From Sminthopsis crassicaudata (taxonomy: Eukaryota), in assembly GCF_048593235.1 (NCBI RefSeq), contig NC_133618.1, forward strand, positions 537,884,465-537,948,464: 64,000 nt of DNA, in the 5' to 3' direction. Under the pieces are notes generated by a model, which had not been told where the DNA came from, searched no databases, and saw only the letters and a list, made by a program, of their open reading frames with translations. Of the stretch, positions 24,656 to 36,576 are shown piece by piece (the stretch's first letter is position 1; each line of letters begins with the position of its first letter). Both the position numbers and the translations under genes were made by a program.

Positions 24656-26417
24656 AAAGCAGTAGAATTCTTGAAGGAAAGAATATTCACTTTTCGTTTT
24701 GTATCTCCAGAAGCTGGCTATTTGCTTATAAAAATGGGTACTTAATAAATATGGAATTATCTTTGGCTAATTCTGTTTTGAATGTCATCTCTTTCCTGTC
24801 TTCTATGTTTTACATGTCCTTTCTGTTTTCTTCCTCCCTTTGTGCTGACCACAGCTTTTTGCCAGCAACTGTAACTTGTGGAAACTACCAAGGCTCTGTT
24901 AACCTACTTATATTTCAAAAAAAATTAAGATCTTTGAGGTGGGGGAAAGGGGACAGGGAAAAGTCATTTTATAAGGTTAGGATCTAGAATACATTGGAAA
25001 AAGTGACAAATGAAGAATCACACACCAGATTATAGAGTTAGAAGGAGCTGGGGATATTAAACCACAAGACTAATTTTACAGAGGAGGAAATTCAAACAAA
25101 CTCCTTTCCTCACCAAGAAGAAAGACCTACCAAAAGACACATAAAAATAAGTGTCAGGGCTAGGAACTGAATTTAGGCCTTCTAATTCTAAATTTAGGAA
25201 GTCAGGAAGATTTGGGCTCCAATTCCTCTCTGGACTTTTAGTAGCTTTAGTTGAAACAAGTCACATAAACTCTCTGTTGCTCAGTCTCCTTATCCACAAA
25301 ATGGAGAAAATAATAAAACTTACCTCACAGGGCTGGTGTGAGGATCAAATAAGATAATTTGCAAACCTGAAAGTGTGAGCTATTATAATTATTCTATAAA
25401 ATTAGATTAGTCACAAAGGCGTGGGGAAACACATTTTAACAGAAGGTAAAGCTATAAAAAGATCAGGGCAAAAGTGAAGAGTGGTGTGATTTTTTAAAAA
25501 ACTGACAAGTTTGTAATTAGTCGATATATGCTATAGGATGTACCCAATTTTTCCTGCTTTCTCTATCCCTCCTTTGCCTTCAGCAAAGCTCATCAGAATA
25601 GACATGTGACTAGCCCTTATGTGGCTCCACTGCACAAAAGGAGACTTATGGGTTGCAGGAGAATAGAGAAAGGGAGAATCCTATCTGTATGAAATTCAAG
25701 AGGAAAATGAACACTTTTTAAATTGTTTAAAATGTGTTTCTTTGCTTCCCCTTTTCTGCCTTTTATTAAATGTGCTACTAAATTTTAGAGCCGTGGACCA
25801 CTGAAAGCAACACCATATCATTCATATTTGGAAGAACAAATGAACACTTTTATTTTTACATAAGAATCTTGATTTAAAGAATTCCAAGTTCATAGCAAAA
25901 ATACTGCACCAAAATATGTTGATTATGAGCTCCTTAACAGCATTAGCTGTTAAAGCAAGAAAGTTCCCCTCACCCTGGGCAGTTCACACCAATAATTAGA
26001 GAGAAAAAAGTAAAGCTGTGAATTACAATGAACTAAGAGGAAATAACTGTCCATGTTGGATTAAAGGACTTAAGTTGTCAGTTTGATGTATAATGAATGC
26101 GAAAATCAGCCATTTAATTAAATGGTACATGGTATAATCACTTTGTTATGCTTTAAACTGCTTAAGTTATCAGAGCACCTTCTATCTAGCAATTGTTTAA
26201 CATTACCCCACCCCATGTGAGACACACTTATCTAAATTTATTCTGATCTGAAATCCAGAATTCATACAATGTTTGCTTATCCATTTAAATTTCATTAATG
26301 AATAGCTAGGAATTAAAACAGTTTTATGAAAACAGAATAGGAAGATTGTTTATGACCACCAAGACCAAATTTCTAGAAATGGTTTGAAAAATTACTACAA
26401 ATTAAAATAAACACACA

Positions 26418-26578
26418 AACACACATACTGATCACAGTACAACAGATTTAGATATGAATGGAGGTTTGGAAGTCATCTAATGCTTAGCTTCTTAAGCTGT
26501 AGTTTGTGACTCCATATAGAGTCTTATATGTGGGGGCCATACAATTTTGATTTATTATCAGTAAATGTTTGATTTGTA
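26418..26578 (+). repeat. Copy B of the local duplication (MIR fragment plus start of a hAT MITE)
   Basis: ~92% identical to 23972-24137 and continues into the complete MITE. Confidence 0.92.
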
Positions 26579-26668
26579 TACCTATTTTATATACTTATAT
26601 ATTTGGGATCACATAAAATTTTCTTGGGCAAAATGGGGTCACAAGTGGAAAAAGTTTAAGAAGCCCTA
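26483..26668. mobile_element. hAT-type (Charlie-like) MITE
   Basis: Inverted termini TAGCTTCTTAAGCT ... AGTTTAAGAAGCCCTA; internal GTGACTCCATATAGAGTC. Confidence 0.7.
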
Positions 26669-27462
26669 ATTTAATCAAGTCAGGTCAACAATGTTTATTA
26701 AGAGCTCAGGCACTGTGCTAAAAAAAAAACCCCAAAACTCAAAAGTCTCTTCTGAGGAAACTGAGGCTCAGAGTAGTGTAAGTAGATTATAATAATAACC
26801 AATATGTCAAGAGCATGTGATTTCATCAGTTTAGCAATTCCCTTGCTATTAATGAAGATCAAACCTCATCTATAATCTATAATTTTACAGATTTGCCCGA
26901 AGCTTAAGGTATAGGGACATGCTTGTTAATAATCAATCAATACCACTAAAGTAGAAAATTTGAACCTAGGTTTATTTCTTTCAGAATAAAGGATTCCTCA
27001 TTCTTTCAGAATGAAGTAGTGCACAAACTGGCCCATTTTGTAACTGATAGCTACAAATTGTCTAATTGCAAAGAAAGACATTTTCCATTTCTAAAACAAA
27101 TCAAGTAAAAAACTAGGAACCATTTTCCTTTTTAGCAAATTTGGAAAATCCAATGAATTTTAGTGCATAGCAAGATCAAGGTATAGTAAGGTCCTGGCAT
27201 ATGCATCAATTGAAGTTCCTCAGGGCTATCTAGAGGCTGGGAAGATATTAAGTGACTGGCATTTGTAGTTAATGGACTGGCTATAGAAGGGAGGATAGAC
27301 AAGAACACAGGAAGGATAAGAAAATCCCAAGAAACATTTTGGCCTCTTCTTCTATCAAGAGTTATAGAGAAAGAAGGTTAGGGGCTAGAGCGTAGAGAAG
27401 ACGGAGGCTGCACAAAAAAGAGTTTATTGGCCAAATTTCACAAGGTAAAAGCAAATACTCAC

Positions 27463-27524
27463 TGCTACTGCAATTCTTCCCAGGACATGCTCTGGAATTT
27501 TCCTATACACATCCAAAGATCCCC
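27463..27524 (-). CDS. MAP2K5: MAP2K5 coding exon (approx. exon 12), 62 nt, (G)GSLDVYRKIPEHVLGRIAVA
   Basis: Reverse complement reads ctacag|GG GGA TCT TTG GAT GTG TAT AGG AAA ATT CCA GAG CAT GTC CTG GGA AGA ATT GCA GTA GCA|gtgagt. T-rich polypyrimidine tract upstream; phase 1-0. Confidence 0.97.
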
Positions 27525-29059
27525 CTGTAGAAATAAATAAATGAAAATGTAGAAAAATAAATATTTTTGATACAAACAACAGCATGGCAAAGATTTCACT
27601 TTTTTGTACTCAATATTGTGGGAGCACTTCTCCTTGCCCTCATGTCACACATTAAATATCCAAGGTCAAATTGGTTTTTAGCCCTATTTTCTTTGTGATG
27701 GGCATAAATTTTACATCTGCAATTAAGTGATCACATTTGCACTTAGCCACCTGAGAGCATAATTCGTCACTTTCACTTTATTCCCAAGAGTGTGATTATA
27801 TGTGTGTTAAAACTGTATCAAGAAAAAAAAAAAAAAGAAGCTTAATTGTGGCTAGACTCAAAACATGCCCATTGTGGAAATTTTAAAATGACAGAACAAG
27901 GGCTATAGTTGGTACTACAGTACAGTACAGTATCAATTTCCTCAAATGTAAAACTAGGTTTTTCCCCTATAAGGTCACAGATGTAGAATTGAAAGGGCCT
28001 TTATTTAGACCAACACTAAGAGATGAGGAAATGGATGCCTGTGGAAGTTGAGTGGTCTGCCCAAGGTGACAAGGGGCCAGATCACACAGGGTAAGAGGCC
28101 ACATTTGAACGCAGATTCCAGAACAAGTACTCTTTCTGCCATGGCAAAAAGGTTTACCAGGAATACAATATAAAAATGTTCTAAGAACAATAATATTTGA
28201 CTATAAGACAATGGGATTTATTTAAAGTCACAAATAACCTGACCAAAACCCTAAAGATTTTGTAATTTTGGGAAGTCATACATTAATTTGTTTTCAACTA
28301 TTCTTTAGACTTCTTTAAGAACTTCTATGTCATATAAATTGTTCCATAGTATTTGGGTATCAGAATTCATTTACTTGACCCAATATTCTACTCCATTTGA
28401 TTTTCTACTTTATTCATATGAATGAATGAGGTTTTGATTAAATCTGTTCTTCAAGGGCCAAAGATTTAATACTACTGATGATATTCAAAAAAATGTGTGA
28501 TACTGCAGAAAGATGGGAGACTTTGGGTGAGGAATGTTACATACACTGTCAATTAAGGACAATGTGCTGATTGATTATATACATTTATTTTTTTGTTTTG
28601 ATTTCAGCAAAAAAGAATCATTGAATATGGTGATATATCATGAAGTGACTATGGTTTTATGGAATAAAAACAAATGGATGAATATAACTTTTCAAAAAAA
28701 AAGACTGACAATTTTAAGACATTTCAAAGTTAGAGCTTAGTAATGTTTGAAATAATGGTAACACTGCTGGAAGATATGAAAAATTTTCTCAGATGAGTAC
28801 TTTGAAAATATTTATTTGGAGATATACATTCTGGCATATTTGTAGGCTGCTTTTTTTTTCAGTCAGGACTTTATTATTATTAGGAATAACTTACAACAGG
28901 AACTTTGTAAGTACTTACTTATTAATAATATATGAAGTATATTTTAACACAGAAAAAATAATAAAGTGCATTTGTTAGTAGTCAAATATGGCACCATAAG
29001 AGAGTTGGCTCTTTGCATATTTAAGACAGATTATTTCCAATTGGCTCTCTTTATACCTG

Positions 29060-29400
29060 GAAACATCAAACTAAGTATGTCTAAAATCTGAAATTATTTT
29101 TCTCTTTAACCATATCTTCTCCTAAATTTTCTATTTCTATGACTTAAGTAACCATCTTCTCAATCACTTGGATCTTAACCTAAGAATTATCTTTGGATGT
29201 GTGATATGAGGGAGAAAGTAGCTTGCAAATTTCTTTCACATTGGCTCTTCTCTAATCTCATGTGACCACCACAGCTTCTGCAGTCCTACAAAACCTTGCA
29301 GTAATCTTCTAATTGAGATTACTGCCTTAAGAAATCAAAATCTTTGATTTGATTGCAATATAAGAAGTCATCCCATTGAACCTATACCTGAGCAAGAATC
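29060..29400 (+). mobile_element. L2 LINE fragment
   Basis: AAACATCAAACTAAGTATGTCTAAAATCTGAAATT..., a decayed LKLNMSKTEL motif of L2. Confidence 0.6.
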
Positions 29401-29452
29401 CTCTCCATAAGAAAAGACCTTAAACACTGTTAAATGGTTTGATGCTCTAGAG

Positions 29453-29644
29453 CAGTAGTCCTCAAACTTTTTAAATAGGGGCCAGTTCACTATCCCTCAG
29501 ACTGTTGGAGGATGGGACTATAGTAAACACAAAACCTCACACTCTGTCTCCACCCCTCAGCCCATTTGCCATAACCAGGCGGGCTGCATAAACGTCCTCA
29601 TTGGGCAGCATCTGGCCCACGGGACCGTAGTTTGAGAACCCCTG
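29453..29644. mobile_element. OposCharlie1 (OC1)-like non-autonomous hAT MITE, 192 bp
   Basis: 16-bp imperfect TIRs CAGTAGTCCTCAAACT / AGTTTGAGAACCCCTG. 8-bp TSD CTCTAGAG (29445-52) / TTCTAGAG (29645-52). Internal GGGGCCAGTTCACTATCCCTCAGACTGTTGGAGG resembles recalled OC1 non-autonomous elements. Confidence 0.8.
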
Positions 29645-29871
29645 TTCTAGAGCATAGAAGATACTCTCAATTCAGAACACATATTCACAAACACTTAATT
29701 CTGGCTAGGAAACCAGTATTTCCAATATATACTTTTCTAATTTGAGTCAACAAACAATTATTAAATATTTGCTATCTTTAAGGCACCGTGTGATAGATAT
29801 AAAGACAAAAAGAGTTTCTATCTTCAAGGAACTTACATTAATTTTTTCCCCTCTCTTTTCTTTAACTTAAA

Positions 29872-29913
29872 ATTTTTTTAATTAAAGCTTTTTATTTTCA
29901 AAACATGTGCATA
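29872..29913 (-). mobile_element. Tail of an older L1, left piece, split by the full-length L1
   Basis: TTAAAGCTTTTTATTTTCAAAACATGTGCATA continues directly as GATAATTTTCAACATTCACC at 36591. Confidence 0.9.
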
Positions 29914-30525
29914 CAAGATGGCGGTGTGGAGGCAGACAGCTGCTTGAGCTCCTCGTTTTCTCTCAGAACTTACTTCATGACAAGCCTCAGACTTAATGCT
30001 TGACCCAGAAAGAAATCCACAAATAATCACCCACAGAAGACATCCTTGAAAGTTGCCAGAAAAGGTCTGTGTTTGCTCGGGGGAGGGTCAATCAGACTGG
30101 GCGCAGACTGAGGGCAGACAGCCAGAGCAAGACAGGCAGCTCACACAGCTCAGACCGGAGGGGGAGGGGTGCGATCTCTGCTGTTTCTGCGAAAGGGCTT
30201 TTGCCCCAGTGTGGATGCTCCGTCTTGGCAGCAAGCCAGGAGCAGCAGAGAGGGTGTAAACACTGGAGGTGAAGATTAAAACCCCAGAAAGCCAGCGTCT
30301 CTCAGAGCCCGGCCACCCCCAACCCCCACCTGAACTGACTCGGTGCGTTCTCAGAGCCTCAGAGCGCAGACTCAGTACAGTCATTGCTGTTCTGTTAGTG
30401 GCTCTCTGCTGCCCTACCCCCAGTCTGTAGAGGAAGCCCATTAATACCATCCAGCCCTATCCCCCGCAAAACAGACCAATTGTTTCTCTTGTCAATTTGT
30501 TTTCTTTGATTCCTACTCTGACAAA

Positions 30526-31698
30526 ATGAACAAAAAATTCAAAAGGGCTCTAACCATTGACAGCTTCTGTGTGGAGAGGGAGCAGACCTCAAATGCTGAG
30601 GAGACTAGGAACAGACTGTCCCCAGATGTATCCCCTGGGAGGGATATAAGCTGCTCCTCAATACAAAAGAACCTCATAGAGGAAATCAAAAAGGCTCTCA
30701 CAAGAGAGCTGGAAGAGAAATGGGAAAAGGAAAGGGAAGCTTGGCAAGAGAGCCTGGAGAAGTCATCCCATGCATTCAAAGACAGAATGGATAAAGAAAT
30801 CAAATCATTGAGAAACAAGATTAGTGAGCTGGAAAAGGTAAACTACTCCAAGGAAAACAGGATTAGTGAGCTGGAAAAGGTAAAAACTCCAAGGAAAACA
30901 GATTAGTGAGCTGGAAAAAGAAATCAGCTCTCTAAAAAATAAAATGGATAAAATGGAAAAAAATTCCATAGAAGATAAAAATTCAATTGGACAATTACAA
31001 AGAGATATAAAAAAAGTGAGTGAAGAAAATACATCATTGAAAATTAGACTGGAACAAGTAGAAATGAATGACTCAAGGAGAAACCAAGAGGGAGTCAAGC
31101 AAAACCAGAGAAATGAAACAATTGAAAAGAATGTCAAGTACCTTACCAGAAAGACAACAGACCTGGAAAACAGATCCAGGAGAGACAATTTGAGAATAAT
31201 CAGACTCCCTGAAAAATGGGAGGAAAAAAGAGCTTGGACACCATTTTTGAGGAAATTATCAAAGAGAACTGCCCAGACATTCTGGAAACAGAGGGTGAAA
31301 TAGACATTGAAAAAATTCATCGATCACCTACTGAAAGGGACCCTAAAATCAAAACGCCAAGAAATATAGTGGCCAAGTTCAAGAACCATCAGACAAAGGA
31401 AAAGATATTGGAAGCTGCTAGAAAAAAGCAATTCAGATATGGAGGATCCACAATAAGGATAACCCAGGATCTAGCAGCGTCCACATTAAAAGAACGCAGG
31501 GCCTGGAACATGATATTCCGAAAGGCTAAGGAACTTGGTATGCAGCCAAGAATAACTTACTCAGCAAGAATGAGCATCGTTTTCCAGGGAAGAAGATGGA
31601 CATTTAACGAAATAAATGAATTCCATCTATTTTTGATGAAAAAACCAGACCTACATAAAAGGTTTGATCTTCAAATACAGAACTCAAGAGATTTCTAA
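30526..31698 (+). pseudogene. L1 ORF1p (coiled coil-RRM-CTD), broken by two frameshifts (~30890 and ~31225)
   Basis: ORF-track pieces 30526-30906, 30944-31303 and 31216-31698: DLENRSRRDNLRII, SLDTIFEEIIKENCP, IHRSP..RDPKIKTPRNIVAKF, IRITQDLAASTLKERRAW. Confidence 0.93.
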
Positions 31699-32153
31699 AA
31701 AGGTAAAAAGAAATCTTGAGAACTATACTTCTGTCAAAAAAATATGTAAAGAACATATGTACAATTTGTCTTAGAAACTAGAGGTGGAAAGGAAATTATA
31801 TCATAAAAAAGGGTAAAGTGGTAGTACTACATCTCATGAAGAGGCAAAGGTAACCTATTATATCTGAGAGAAAGAAAGGAGGGAGATGAACATAGCGTGT
31901 ATCAATAGACATATTCAATTTATGGTGAAACTTCTTCCACTTCATTGAAAAGTGAAAGGGAAGGAGTAAGCTAAGGGGAAGGGAATACAGAAATTTCGAG
32001 GAAAAGGGGTAAAATAAGGGGAGGATCTTTAAGGTGGGGGAGGGATCCTAAAAAGGGAGGGCTGTGAAAAGCAAGTGGTGTTCACCAGTTTAATACTGGG
32101 TAGGGGGGGTAAAAGGGAAGGAAAGGGGAAAAGCATAAGCAGGGGTTAATGGG

Positions 32154-35100
32154 ATGGCAAGCAATATAGAATTAGTCCTTCTAACAATAAATGTGAATGG
32201 GGCAAACTGCCTCATAAAGAGGAAGCAGTTAGCAGACTGGATTAAATGTCAGAATCCTACTATATGTTGTTTACAGGAAACACACCTGAAACAGGGTGAG
32301 ACATTCAAACTAAAAGTAAAAGGGTGGAGCAGAATCTATTATGCTTCAGGCAAAACCAAAAAAGCAGGAGTAGCCATCCTCATCTCAGATCAAGCAAAAA
32401 CAAAAATTGATCTAATTAAAAGAGATAAGGAAGGGCATTATATCCTGCTAAAGGGCAGCATCAATAATGAAGCAGTATCAATATTAAACATGTATGCACC
32501 AAGTAGTTAAGCATCTCAATTCTTAAAAGAGAAATTAAGAGAGCTGCAAGAGGAAATAGATAGCAAAACTATAATAGCGGGAGATCTCAACCTTGCACTC
32601 TCAGAATTAGATAAATCAAACCACAAAATAAATAAGAAAGAAGTCAAAGAGGTAAATAGAATACTAGAAAAGTTTGATATGATAGATCTTTGGCGAAAGC
32701 TAAATGGAGACAGAAAGGAATATACTTTCTTCTCAGCAGTTCATGGAATCTATACAAAAATTGATCATATACTAGGGCATAAAAACCTCAAAATCAAATG
32801 CAGTAAGGCAGAAATAGTAAATGCATCCTTTTCAGACCACAATGCAATCAAAATTACATTTAATAAAAAGCCAGGGGAAAATAGACCAAAAAATAATTGG
32901 AAACTAAATAATCTTATACTAAAGAATGATTGGGTAAAACAGCAAATCATAGACATAATTAATAACTTCACCCAAGAAAATGACAATAATGAGATATCAT
33001 ACCAAAATGTGTGGGATACAGCCAAAGCAGTAATAAGGGGAAGTTTTATATCTCTACAGGCCTACTTGCATAAAATAGAGAAAGAGAGGGCCAACGAATT
33101 GGGCTTACAACTAAAATTGCTAGAAAAGGAACAAATTAAAAACCCCCAGACAAACACAAAACTTGAAATTCAAAAAATAAAAGGTGAGATTAATAAAATT
33201 GAAAGTAAAAAAACTATTGAATTAATTAATAAAACTAAGAGTTGGTTTTATGAAAAAACCAACAAAATAGACAAACCCTTAGTAAACCTGATTAAAAAAA
33301 AGGAAAGAGAAAAAGCAAATTGTTAGTCTTGAAAATGAAAAGGGTGAACTCACCACTAATGAAGAGGAAATTAGAACAATAATTAGGAGCTACTTTGCTC
33401 AACTTTATGCCGATAAATTCGATAACTTAAATGAAATGGAAGAATACCTTCAAAAATATAGCTTGCCCAGATTAACAGAAGAAGAAGTAAGTAGTCTAAA
33501 TAGTCCCATCTCAGAAAAAGAAATAGACTAAGCTATTAACCAACTTCTTAAGAAAAAGTCCCCAGGACCAGATGGATTTACAGGTGAATTCTACCAAACA
33601 TTTAAAGAACAACTAACTCCAATGCTATATAAATTATTTGAAAAAATAGGGATTGAAGGAGTCCTACCAAATTCCTTCTATGACACAGACATGGTACTGA
33701 TACCTAAACCAGGTAGATCGAAAACTGAGAAAGAAAACTATAGACCAATTTCCTTAATGAATATAGATGCTAAAATCTTAAATAAGATATTAGCAAAAAG
33801 AATTCAGAAAATCATCCCCAGGATAATACACTGTGATCAAGTAGGATTTATACCAGGAATGCAGGGCTGGTTTAATATTAGGAAAACTATTAGTATAATT
33901 GACCATATTAATAATCAAATTAATAAAAACCATATGATCATCTCAATAGATGCAGAAAAAGCATTTGATAAAATCCAACATCCATTCCTACTAAAAACGC
34001 TTGAGAGTATAGGAATAAATGGACTATTCCTTAAAATAATAAGGAGCATATATTTAAAACCTTCAGTAAACATCATATGTAATGGTGATAAACTAGAACC
34101 TTTCCCTGTAAGATCAGGAGTGAAACAAGGTTGCCCACTATCACCATTACTATGCAATATAGTACTAGAAACTCTAGCCTCGGCAATAAGAGCCGAGAGA
34201 TTCAAGGAATTAGAGTAGGAAATGAAGAAATCAACTTATCACTCTTTGCAGATGACCTGATGGTATACTTAGAGAACCCCAAAGACTCTGCTAAAAAGCT
34301 ATTAGAAATAATTCAGAATTTTAGCAAAGTCGCAGGATACAAAATAAATCCACATAAATCCTCAGCATTTTTATACATTACCAACACAATCCAACAGCAA
34401 GAGATACAAAGAGAAATTCCATTCAAAATAACAGTCGATAGTATAAAATATTTGGGAATATATCTACCAAAGGAGAGTCAGGAATTATATGAGCAAAATT
34501 ACAAAACACTTGCCACAAAAATAAAGTCAGATTTAAATAATTGGAAAGACATTCAGTGTTCTTGGATAGGCTGAGCGAATATAATAAAGATGACAATACT
34601 CCCCAAACTAATCTATTTATTTTGTGCTATACCAATCAGACTCCCAAGAAACTATTTTAATGACCTAGAAAAAATAACAACAAAATTCATATGGAAGAAT
34701 AAAAGGTCGAGAATTGCAAGGGAACTAATGAAAAAAAAAGTCAGAGGAAGGTGGTCTAAGTGTATTTGATTTAAAGCTATATTATAAAGCAACAGTCACC
34801 AAAACCATTTGGTATTAGCTAAGAAATAGACTAGTTGATCAGTGGCATAGGTTAGGTTCACAGGGTAAGATAGTGAATAAAAATAGCAATCTAATCTTTG
34901 ACAAACCCAAAGATCCCAAATTTGGGATAAGAATTCATTATTTGACAAAAACTGCTGGGAAAACTGGAAATTAGTATGTCAGAAACTAGGCATGGACCCA
35001 CATTTAACACCACATACTAAGATTAGATCAAAATGGGTCCAAGATTTAGGCATAAAGAACGAAATCATAAATAAATTGGAGGAACATGGGATAGTTTACC

Positions 35101-36099
35101 TCTCAGACTTGTGGAGGAGGAAGGAGTTTGTGTCCAAGGGAGAACTAGAGACCATTATTGATCACAAAATAGAACATTTTGATTACACCAAATTAAAAAG
35201 TTTCTGCACTACAAGAAAATGGTATTTACACACATGTATTGTATCTAGGTTATATTGTAACACAAGTAAAATGTATGGGATTGCCTGTCATCGGGGGGGA
35301 GGGAGTAAAGGGAGGGGAGGGATAATTTGGAAAAATGAATACAAGGGATAATATTATAAAAAAATATATAATAAAAAATTATTTAAAAAAAAAGTTTCTG
35401 CACAAACAAAACTAATGCAAACAAATTAGAAGGGAAGTAACAAATTGGGAAAACATTTTTACAGTTAAAGGTTCTGATAAAGGCCTCATCTCCAAAATAT
35501 ACAGAGAATTGACTTTAATTTATAAGAAATCAAGCCATTCTCCAATTGATAAATGGTCAAAGGATATGAACAGACAATTTTCAGATGATGAAATTAAAAC
35601 TATTTCCACTCATATAAAAGAGTGTTCCAAATCACTATTGATCAGAGAAATGCAAATTAAGACAACTCTGAGGTATCATTACACACCTGTCAGATTGGCT
35701 AAGATGACAGGAACAAATAACGATGAATGTTGGAGGGGCTGTGGGAAAACTGGGACACTGATGCATTGTTGGTGGAGTTGTGAAAGAATCCAACCATTCT
35801 GGAGAGTAATCTGGAATTATGCCCCAAAAGTTATCAAATTGTGCATACCCTTTGACCCAGCCATACTACTACTGGGCTTATATCCCAAGGAACTACTAAA
35901 GAAGGGAAAGGGACCTGTATGTGCCAAAATGTTTGTGGCAGCCCTTTTCATAGTGGCTAGAATCTGGAAGATGAATGAATGTCCATCAATTGGAGAATGG
36001 TTGGGTAAATTATGGTATATGAATGTTATGGAATATTATTGTTCTATAAGAAATGACCAACAGGAGAAATACAGAGAGGCTTGGAGAGACTTTCATTAA
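32154..36099 (+). pseudogene. L1 ORF2p (APE endonuclease, RT, C-terminal domain), broken by stops, frameshifts and a nested insertion
   Basis: [72 protein letters not shown]. Stops include 32508 and a probable CGA>TGA at 34572. Confidence 0.97.
35210..35388 (+). mobile_element. 5'-truncated L1 (different 3'UTR subfamily) nested in ORF2 of the full-length L1
   Basis: 15-bp TSD AAAAAGTTTCTGCAC at 35195-35209 and 35389-35403. G-rich 3'UTR and A-rich tail. Host ORF2 resumes (KSFCT/NKTN). Confidence 0.95.
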
Positions 36100-36576
36100 C
36101 TGATGCTAAGTGAAACGAGCAGAATCAGAAGATCATTATACACTTCAACAATGATACTGTATGAGGATGTATTCTGATGGAAGTGGATATCTTCAACATA
36201 GAGAAGAGCTAATCCAATTCCAATTGATTAATGATGGACAGAATCAGCTACATCCAGAAAAGGAACACTGGAAATGAGTGTAAACTGTTATTTTTACCTT
36301 CTGAATCCAATTCTTCCTGTGCAACAAAAAATTCGGTTCTACACACATATATTGTATCTATAATATACTGTAATATATTTAACATATATAAGACTGCCTG
36401 CCATCTGGGGGAGGGGGTTGGGGGAGGAAGGGAAAAAATCTGAATAGAAGTAAGTGCAAGGGATAATGTTGTAAAAAATTACCCATGCATATGTACTGTC
36501 AAAAAAAAAAGTTATAATTATAAAATAAAATAAAAATTAAATTATAAAAAAAAATTACCACAACCCCCCCCAAAAA

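Larger units (their letters stand above)
29914..36576 (+). mobile_element. Full-length (~6.66 kb) marsupial L1, inactivated, antisense to MAP2K5
   Basis: 5' end CAAGATGGCGG; 5'UTR 29914-30525; ORF1 30526-31698; spacer; ORF2 ~32154-36099; 3'UTR; A-rich tail. 14-bp TSD AAAACATGTGCATA at 29900-29913 and 36577-36590. Confidence 0.98.

Noticed and set aside
30513-31320. Antisense ORFs of 101 and 171 aa over L1 ORF1
   Set aside because: Expected shadow ORFs from the codon bias of the A-rich L1 coding strand.
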